Position numbers and translations under genes: made by a program
The notes under the pieces: generated by a model
Database searches by the model: none
What the model was told of the DNA's origin: nothing
What the model saw: only the letters and a program-made list of their open reading frames with translations
NCBI GenBank assembly: GCA_019058365.1
Contig: JAHPZE010000003.1
Span: 192,001 to 256,000 of the forward strand
Direction: 5' to 3'
From: Promethearchaeota archaeon
GTDB lineage: Archaea; Asgardarchaeota; Lokiarchaeia; Sigyniarchaeales; SOKP01
Length of the DNA: 64,000 bases
Part shown: positions 56,675-64,000 of the stretch, piece after piece
Numbering within the stretch: the stretch's first letter is position 1
Layout: every line of letters begins with the position of its first letter

Positions 56675-57349
56675 ATGAATTGGGAAAATGAAAAAGACAA
56701 TTTTCATAATTTCATATTAAATAATAAAATTATTGGATTTTTTAAAGAACCTCTTAGATTAAAATCAGGTAGACTATCTTCCTGGTATATAAATTGGAGG
56801 AATATAGCTTCCGACGTTTACTTACTCGATCAATTAACTGATTATATTCTTTTATTTATTGATTATTTAGGTTTAAACCCGAAATGTTTTTATGGTGTTC
56901 CAGAAGGAGCGACAAAATTAGGTATTATTACACAATATAAGTGGGCAAGAAGACAGAAAAATTATAATCCTGGATGTTACCCTTTGTCTATGGGTAGAGG
57001 TAAACCAAAAGAACACGGAGATCCGAAAGATAAATTTTTTGTTGGAATACCTAAAGGAGAAATTATTATTCTTGAAGACGTAACAACAACAGGGGAATCT
57101 CTAATTGATACAATTAAGAGATTGAAAGAAGTAAATGTGAGAATAATTGCTGCTATTGGATTAACAAATAGAAATGAAAAAAGAGATGATGGAAAGAGTA
57201 TTGAAGAGATAGTAAAAGAACAAAATGTCCAATACTATGCAATGAGCAATGCAGTTGATTTATTACCCAGAATTAATATGAATAAAGATATCAAAAATCA
57301 CATTGAAGAATACTTCAAAAAATATGGGACTCAACAAATTAATCTATAA
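56675..57349 (+). CDS. pyrE: Orotate phosphoribosyltransferase
   Basis: LKSGRLSSWY, R.KPKEHG, ILEDVTTTGES PRPP-binding motif. Confidence 0.88.
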   Translation: MNWENEKDNFHNFILNNKIIGFFKEPLRLKSGRLSSWYINWRNIASDVYLLDQLTDYILLFIDYLGLNPKCFYGVPEGATKLGIITQYKWARRQKNYNPGCYPLSMGRGKPKEHGDPKDKFFVGIPKGEIIILEDVTTTGESLIDTIKRLKEVNVRIIAAIGLTNRNEKRDDGKSIEEIVKEQNVQYYAMSNAVDLLPRINMNKDIKNHIEEYFKKYGTQQINL

Positions 57350-57386
57350 TATTTCCTAAATATCTCCAGTTTAAATTAAATAGAAC

Positions 57387-57947
57387 TTAGAAAAAATCTC
57401 TCCATATTTTAATAAGATTGTATAAATAAGTGTAAAGTAATTTTTCAGAATTTGTTAATCTTCTCTCATCCTCTAAAGATAATTCCGCCATAGATAACTT
57501 TAATAGTTTTAATAACCGACTATCAATTATATTAGAAGTATATGAATTATATCTATCCAAATCTATTTTGGGTTTATTTTTTTTTATTACTTCATTTTCC
57601 ATAAACCTTTTAAATTCTTTTATCTTATTTAAAAAAGAATTATCATTTCTTTTGATTAATTTAAGATCATCTCTCTCACCTATAGCATAACGTTGAACAT
57701 CAATGTTATCACATTTTTCTGTCGAAGCAACTTTTAAAATATCTTTTTCTATAAAGGGTATTACAGAGAATAACTTTAATCGATATTTTTTACCTTTCTC
57801 AAAGGGACCGAACGATTCTCCTAATAGAGAAAAACCTTCAAAATCCTTTATGCATTCCGTAATAATAATTTCATTTTTAAAGGCAAAGTTTAACCTACTC
57901 AAAGAACCTGTAAATCGTTCTCCAATTACTTCCAATAATAATTTCAC
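57387..57947 (-). CDS. GINS23 (Psf2/Psf3-like) replication factor
   Basis: B-domain first (GESFGPFEKGKKYRL), then helical A-domain ending RL.KLL...LTNSEKLLY..L...IKIWR; close to mcm. Confidence 0.72.
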   Translation of the reverse strand: MKLLLEVIGERFTGSLSRLNFAFKNEIIITECIKDFEGFSLLGESFGPFEKGKKYRLKLFSVIPFIEKDILKVASTEKCDNIDVQRYAIGERDDLKLIKRNDNSFLNKIKEFKRFMENEVIKKNKPKIDLDRYNSYTSNIIDSRLLKLLKLSMAELSLEDERRLTNSEKLLYTYLYNLIKIWRDFF

Positions 57948-58041
57948 CAGATTTAATATATTAATAAGTCTTTATATACTATACAATAGTAATTCAAGAG
58001 AAATAAACATATTATTATTCTTTTAATAAATTAAAAACCTC

Positions 58042-61000
58042 GTGAAAATTTTGGTTATAGAAATAATACTGCTTATCGTCTTTATCATCTTCTTTTTAAT
58101 TGGATTTTATATAATATATAAACAAGTTGCGTTAGTTAAAAAAGGAGAATTAAGTAATAAAGATCGATTCCAGTGTTTATTTTACGGAATTATCTTCAGT
58201 TTGTCTATCCTGGTAGTTTTTACTGTTGCTGTTATTTTTACTGTAAGAACCCCTGAACTTTGGAACCCTGAAACTACACCCCCAGAAGTCCATCCTCTAG
58301 CATTATTAATACCTTTTATTTGTTGCTTAATTTATTTAACATTTTATCCAATAATAGATTTCCTTTTTATTGCTCTAAGTAAAGAATCAGATGAAGGATT
58401 AACACCTTTTCATAAATTTATAAGAAATAAGATTATTAATCAATCAAGTAATAAAATTATTAATGTTCTAATTGCTCTAGTTTTTTTTCTCTTAATTTTT
58501 GTTCTCCCTCCTATTTTATTGTCAATATTAGGCTTACCTTTTATAGTGATTTGGGTAACATGGAGTCTTGTTTACCCACTAATGATATTAACTTTTTATG
58601 GGTCTAAAGGATATATTGCTGGACTTTCAGATGCTTATTATCATATTCCTGATGTAAGAAGATCAACTTTTCTTAATTTTGAGAATACCAAGAGAGGTTT
58701 AAACCAATTCAAATCGGAACCGGGATATTATATTATCTTAGGTTTAATGATTTTTGTATTTATATGGGCTTGGATTTCACTAATCCAGACTATAAGTTTC
58801 TTTTTTACAAGAACATTAGCAATATCGACTATGTCCTCAGCTTTTGTATTTGTAACTTTATTTTTTGGTATTATAGGATATTTTACACGTTTTTGGGGAA
58901 GAAAAATAAAATATCGCGGTATTGATATTTATTTTGCTGCCTATTTAATGGCTTCTATAGGTATCAATGTTCTAGTTAATTTCTTAATTGTGAATCCTAA
59001 TAAATTGTATTATACTTTTAATTTATGGACTATCACTAATCAAATCGTTCCAAATTATGTTATGTTTGCTTGGGCTGCTGTTATTGAAGAAATTGTATTA
59101 GTAATTTTTACTTCATACTTTTTTTTAGCAAGAAATAATGAATTTATTACTAATATTAAATATTCTAAAATTACTAAATCTGGCCAAATTTTTGATCCAA
59201 TTCCAATATTCAATTTAATTAAACATCGTAATATTAAAATAAGAAAACTTGCGGAAGAAACATTGATATTGATGTTTGAAAGAATTCCTTTAAAAAATGA
59301 AATAAATCTTAATAATTGGAAATTTAAAAATTCCGTGTTAGATGGCATATGTGAATATGATGCAAATTCAAGAGAAATTTGTATAAAAATATTAATTCAA
59401 TTAGAAAAAGATGTTCCAGAGAAAATATTACCTTGGATAATAGAAGCATTAGAATCTCCTAATTACGATAAATGTATCCCTATTACAAAAACACTTCTAA
59501 ACGCAGATATAGATTTCGTTGAAAAAATACCTAAAGATTTAATTATTAACTTAATTGAAGATTCAGAATGGAGATTAAAATTATTGGGAGTAAAAATTTT
59601 AAAAAGACTGTTAAAGAAAAATAATGATTTGATTCATAAAGTTAATATTAAAAACTTAATAAACAACCCAAATAGTAAGGTTCAAGTCGAGATTCTAAAT
59701 ATTTTGGCAGAATCTTCTTATGTACTTCCTATTGATACTATAATTCAAAAAATATTTCATATTAATAATGAAATTAGCGCGGCAGCAATTAAAAATCTAA
59801 AAAATCTTGACCACAAAGATATTGATAAAAAAATGATTTCTAAAATTATTCCTCTGATGAAAGATCCATCTAGTTCTGTAAGAGCTTCAATTTATGAGGT
59901 ATTAGCAAAAATAGGTAAATTTAGAAAAAATAATATTCCAATTTTGCCTCTCTTTGATGGTTTAACTGATTCAAATGAAAAAACTCGACAAGCAGCCATA
60001 AATGTATTGGAAAAATATTTTAAAGAGGAACCCGGGTTATTAGATATTGACAATATAGTTAATAAAGTCGATCCAAATAATTATGAGGTATTAAATAGCT
60101 TTGTTTCACTTCTCGGAAGATTATGGAAATATAATCCTGATAAAATATTGACTTTTTTTTTAGTATTTATAAAATTCGAAAATAAACAATTAAGAGAAAA
60201 TATTTCAAATATTTTAATAGAGAATTATAAAAACAACCCTGATTTAATAGTTCAGAATTTAATTAAGATCCCAGATATTACGAAATATCTAACAAAGGGA
60301 ATTATATCACAAACAATAATCAAGATTGGTAAATCAGATCCAGAAAATATAATTCTAAGCTTAATAAATTATCTTAATGATGAAAATGATGATGTAAGAT
60401 TAAATGCTCTTAATTCAATAGATGGATTGATTGAAGAATTTGTTAATTATAGTAATTTGAAACCAATCCTATTACTATTACGGAAAGACAAAAACAAACA
60501 AGAAAAAAAAACCGCCTCAAGTATTATTTCAAAAATAGCTCAAAAAGATTCTTCTCTGATAAAACCATATATGTCTGAATTCTTACAGATATTAATTAAA
60601 CAAGAATTATCTGTAAGAATTGTACTTACTAAATCTCTATTAGATATTGCTAAAGATTCTCCAGATATCATTCCAGTCCAAGAAATTCTAAATTTTCTTG
60701 ACGATCAAGATTCATTTATCCGTGAAACTAGTGCGAAAATTCTGGGGTATATAGGATACAAACTTCCAATTTCTGTTATAGATGTTTTAATTAACAGAGC
60801 ATCAAATGATGATGAATGGATTGTCAGAGAGGCAGCTGTTACAAGTTTAGGAGAAATAATTAATCATGTTGATGATAAGGAAAAAATCATTGAAAAACTG
60901 GTTTCTTTGCTTAATGATGAGCAAAATTGGGTTCGGAGGTCGGCTTTGAATATTCTATCAACTATTAAAGAAGTAAATAATTCTCATATTTCTTTTAATG

Positions 61001-61395
61001 ATTTAAGAAATAATTTAAAGAGCACTGATCCAAAAGTTAGAGAAGCTTCAGTGGGATTAATTCGAATTTACAGTAATCAAATCGAAGAAATTTTTAATAA
61101 GATAGTGATATTATTAGAAGATGAATCAAAAGAAGTAAGAGCTAAAGCTATTAATAGTTTTGTTGAAATTATACAAGAAGTAGGACTTAACCAGATATTA
61201 TCAAAATTATTGCAAAATTTAAGTGATGAAGGTTCTATAGAAACCCAGCGTTCTATTGCACTAATTTTAGGACGAACTGTCAAATATGAGGATAAAGAGA
61301 TTAAGAAACGAGTCATTTCTCTTTTAAAAATAAGATGTGAAATGAGCCAGGATCCTATTATTTGTGCGACCCTACAACAACTAAAAGAGCTTTGA
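58042..61395 (+). CDS. Polytopic membrane protein fused to a long HEAT-repeat solenoid
   Basis: About 9 TM segments in residues 1-365, then repeated L.D....VR..A...L HEAT units (DSEWRLK, DPSSSVRAS, DENDDVRLNA, DDEWIVREAA, DEQNWVRRSA). Confidence 0.85.
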   Translation: MKILVIEIILLIVFIIFFLIGFYIIYKQVALVKKGELSNKDRFQCLFYGIIFSLSILVVFTVAVIFTVRTPELWNPETTPPEVHPLALLIPFICCLIYLTFYPIIDFLFIALSKESDEGLTPFHKFIRNKIINQSSNKIINVLIALVFFLLIFVLPPILLSILGLPFIVIWVTWSLVYPLMILTFYGSKGYIAGLSDAYYHIPDVRRSTFLNFENTKRGLNQFKSEPGYYIILGLMIFVFIWAWISLIQTISFFFTRTLAISTMSSAFVFVTLFFGIIGYFTRFWGRKIKYRGIDIYFAAYLMASIGINVLVNFLIVNPNKLYYTFNLWTITNQIVPNYVMFAWAAVIEEIVLVIFTSYFFLARNNEFITNIKYSKITKSGQIFDPIPIFNLIKHRNIKIRKLAEETLILMFERIPLKNEINLNNWKFKNSVLDGICEYDANSREICIKILIQLEKDVPEKILPWIIEALESPNYDKCIPITKTLLNADIDFVEKIPKDLIINLIEDSEWRLKLLGVKILKRLLKKNNDLIHKVNIKNLINNPNSKVQVEILNILAESSYVLPIDTIIQKIFHINNEISAAAIKNLKNLDHKDIDKKMISKIIPLMKDPSSSVRASIYEVLAKIGKFRKNNIPILPLFDGLTDSNEKTRQAAINVLEKYFKEEPGLLDIDNIVNKVDPNNYEVLNSFVSLLGRLWKYNPDKILTFFLVFIKFENKQLRENISNILIENYKNNPDLIVQNLIKIPDITKYLTKGIISQTIIKIGKSDPENIILSLINYLNDENDDVRLNALNSIDGLIEEFVNYSNLKPILLLLRKDKNKQEKKTASSIISKIAQKDSSLIKPYMSEFLQILIKQELSVRIVLTKSLLDIAKDSPDIIPVQEILNFLDDQDSFIRETSAKILGYIGYKLPISVIDVLINRASNDDEWIVREAAVTSLGEIINHVDDKEKIIEKLVSLLNDEQNWVRRSALNILSTIKEVNNSHISFNDLRNNLKSTDPKVREASVGLIRIYSNQIEEIFNKIVILLEDESKEVRAKAINSFVEIIQEVGLNQILSKLLQNLSDEGSIETQRSIALILGRTVKYEDKEIKKRVISLLKIRCEMSQDPIICATLQQLKEL

Positions 61396-61555
61396 TTTTT
61401 TAATTTTTCTTTACAAAATAATCAACAATAATTTAATAAATCTTACATCAGTCTGTTTTTTTAATATTTCCTTATTTTCTCTTTAATAAAATATGGTATT
61501 AATATTACGAATTAAAAAATCACCAAGAATATTTTAGGTATATCAATAAAAATTT

Positions 61556-63694
61556 ATGTGTTTTGCCATGACAACACCTTTGCCAAGTCCAAGTCAACCA
61601 ATTAATAAAGTTCAACGCTTTGAGGATTTTTATCGTTTATTTCAAGAAAAACCAGGTGTATATAAGTATCAAGATCAAATTAATGATATTTACGCAAAAG
61701 GAGGAAATACTCTAATTATTCTTTATGAAGATTTATTGGCAAGTGAACCAGATTTAGCTGAATTGCTAAAGCAAGATCCTGAAGCTTTACTTGAAGATGC
61801 TATAGACGCATTTAAAAATTTATTAAAATTTCAGGGATCAAAACTTTCTATTCAAAATTATTTTGTCAGAATAACCACTAAAGATAAAATAAGCACTTTA
61901 TTTATCCCTCTAAGAGGATTAAGAGCAAAACATATTAGTACCCTAGTTTGGTCTAACGGTATCTTAGTTAGATGTTCTACCATAAGACCTAAGATAATAA
62001 AAGCTTCATTTGAATGCAATATATGTGGAGCTCAATTTGATATTATTCAATTAACTTCGAGAATTAGGTGGCCTAAATTTTGTGTAAACAAGAGATGTAA
62101 AGCAAGAGCACAAACAGATTTTAGACTTTTATCAAAAAGTTCAGAATTTATTGATTGGCAAAGCGTCATGATTCAAGAGATACCAGAAGATTTGCCAGCT
62201 GGAAGAATTCCTAGATCAGTTCAGGCAATTTTAACACATGATTTAGTTGATACAGTAAAACCTGGGGATAGGGTCAAATTGATGGGAGTTTTTAAATCGG
62301 TTTTAGCCCAGTCGACTAAAAGTAATAATTCTACATTATTCAAGACTTTTTTTGATATTAATTTTATAGATCCTGAAGATAAATCAGAAGATACTATTGA
62401 TCTCTCCAAAGAAGATATGAAGAAAATTGAAGATCTATCAAAAGAACCATTTATACAAAAAAAAATCGCAAGATCAATCGCTCCGGATATATATGGAAGA
62501 GAAGACCTTAAAATTGCTTCAGCATTAAGCTTATTTGCAGGGACAAGGAAGAAGAAACCCGGAGGTGGTTATAAAAGAGGTGATATTCATGTGTTATTTG
62601 TGGGAGATCCAGGAACTGGAAAATCAGAGATATTGAAAAGTGCCATAGAGGTATCTCCACGAGGATTGTATACTTCTGGGAAAGGTTCCACCGCTGTAGG
62701 TCTAACCGCGGCTGTGATAAAAGATACTGAAACAGGCCAAATGAACCTTGAGGCAGGAGTTGTAGTATTAGCAAATGGAGGTGCAGCTGCTATTGATGAA
62801 TTTGATAAAATGGATACTGCAGATAGATCTGCACTCCATGAGGCAATGGAACAACAAACCGTAAGCATTGCAAAAGCTGGAATTGTTGCCACATTGAAAG
62901 CTCAAACAGCGATCATAGCGGCAGCTAATCCATATTCAGGAAGATATGATAGATATAAAACACCTACTCAAAATATTCGCTTACCGCCTTCTCTATTATC
63001 ACGTTTTGATTTAATTTTTATAGTTGTTGATAAGCCTAACCAAGCAGATGATGCTCAAATGGCTGAGTTTATATTAAAAAATTCCATGATGAACTCAGAA
63101 GAAACACTTGAAGAAAATGATACTTCTATAGCACCCATCTCAAGAGATCTTCTGAAAAAATATATTAAACACGCTAGAAGGACATGTAATCCCGTTTTAT
63201 CTGACGAAGCTAAAGAAAGAATAAAAGAATTTTATCTTGACTTAAGAGGCCAATATGACAGTGAAGATGCAATCATATCGATTTTAGCAAGAAATTTAGA
63301 TGCTCTAGTAAGGCTTAGTGAGGCTTATGCTAAAATGGCGTTAAGAGATAATGTACTTAAAGAAGATGTTGAAGAAATAATTAAATTGTTCAAGAGATAT
63401 CTTAAAGACACTGGTTATGATGAAACAACTGGAAAAATTGATATGGACAGAATTTTTGTTGGTCAATCTAGAACTAATCTAAATAAATTAGAAACTATTA
63501 TGAATAGATTGAAAGAGATCTTTGAAGAAAATAATTGGAGAGCACTTGAAAAATCTAATGTTATTCAAATTTTAGAGTTAGAAGAGAGTTTAGATAAAAA
63601 ATTCATAGAAAACGCTTTAGATGAGCTAATAAAAGAGGGAACCTTATACGAGCCAAAAAGTAACCAAATTAAATTTACAAATAAAATAGAATAA
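61556..63694 (+). CDS. mcm: Replicative helicase MCM
   Basis: Zn finger, IQEIPE.LP.GRIPR, GDPGTGKS, GLTAAV, IDEFDKM, ALHEAMEQQ, AANP, LSRFDL; no intein seen. Confidence 0.97.
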   Translation: MCFAMTTPLPSPSQPINKVQRFEDFYRLFQEKPGVYKYQDQINDIYAKGGNTLIILYEDLLASEPDLAELLKQDPEALLEDAIDAFKNLLKFQGSKLSIQNYFVRITTKDKISTLFIPLRGLRAKHISTLVWSNGILVRCSTIRPKIIKASFECNICGAQFDIIQLTSRIRWPKFCVNKRCKARAQTDFRLLSKSSEFIDWQSVMIQEIPEDLPAGRIPRSVQAILTHDLVDTVKPGDRVKLMGVFKSVLAQSTKSNNSTLFKTFFDINFIDPEDKSEDTIDLSKEDMKKIEDLSKEPFIQKKIARSIAPDIYGREDLKIASALSLFAGTRKKKPGGGYKRGDIHVLFVGDPGTGKSEILKSAIEVSPRGLYTSGKGSTAVGLTAAVIKDTETGQMNLEAGVVVLANGGAAAIDEFDKMDTADRSALHEAMEQQTVSIAKAGIVATLKAQTAIIAAANPYSGRYDRYKTPTQNIRLPPSLLSRFDLIFIVVDKPNQADDAQMAEFILKNSMMNSEETLEENDTSIAPISRDLLKKYIKHARRTCNPVLSDEAKERIKEFYLDLRGQYDSEDAIISILARNLDALVRLSEAYAKMALRDNVLKEDVEEIIKLFKRYLKDTGYDETTGKIDMDRIFVGQSRTNLNKLETIMNRLKEIFEENNWRALEKSNVIQILELEESLDKKFIENALDELIKEGTLYEPKSNQIKFTNKIE

Positions 63695-63732
63695 TTTAAT
63701 TCTTTTAAATTATGTTTAAAATAGGGTTATTT

Positions 63733-64000
63733 TTAATAGAACACTTTTACTGCTTCTTCTGAGATAAGTTTAAATACTAATTCAACATTTTCTCCTGTTT
63801 TTGCAGATGTTCGAATAATTGATATAGCATTAATTTTCTTTTCTAAAGAAAAAATCTCCTTTTCACTTAATTCTGTTCCTAAATCATTCTTATTTGCGAG
63901 TAGAATAATTGGAGCCTGTGCGCAGTATTGTTTTACATCAGGAATCCAGAATTTTTCAATTTGATCGAATGTGTTTCTACGTGTTAAATCCCCAACAATA
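63733..64000 (-). CDS. Rab/Ras-like small GTPase, C-terminal part (5' end outside the window)
   Basis: Manual translation: IVGDLTRRNTFDQIENSWIPDV...PIILLANKNDL (G4)...RTSAKTGENVELVF (G5)...VKVFY*. Confidence 0.88.
   Translation of the reverse strand, partial: IVGDLTRRNTFDQIEKFWIPDVKQYCAQAPIILLANKNDLGTELSEKEIFSLEKKINAISIIRTSAKTGENVELVFKLISEEAVKVFY

Overview
AT-rich archaeal chromosomal segment, most likely Asgard archaea (Lokiarchaeia-like). The assignment rests on archaeal information genes (tgtA, rpl15e, rnp3/rnp2, Top6A/B, MCM, GINS, ValS) occurring with eukaryotic-signature proteins (Roadblock, Rag-like and Rab-like small GTPases, a longin/DENN-like protein, an EMC6-like membrane protein). 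There are about 45 CDSs, two intron-containing tRNAs and one C/D-box sRNA; I saw no CRISPR array or transposase. Main highlights: (1) an smc-scpA-scpB operon whose 1483-aa SMC has canonical ATPase heads but no recognisable hinge or zinc hook. It has a tandemly duplicated all-helical apex and arms built from 90- and about 98-aa modules, and it follows a Cdc6/Orc1-like gene with degenerate Walker motifs. (2) A tRNA-Ile(GAU) with an apparent BHB-type intron at position 7/8 plus a duplicated 5' acceptor strand in its leader. (3) A C/D sRNA predicted to guide Gm2251 of the 23S P-loop. (4) Two conserved genes that appear to need ATA/ATT start codons. (5) A greatly expanded Top6B with a coupled downstream gene. 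All calls come from motif recognition by eye; no searches were run.
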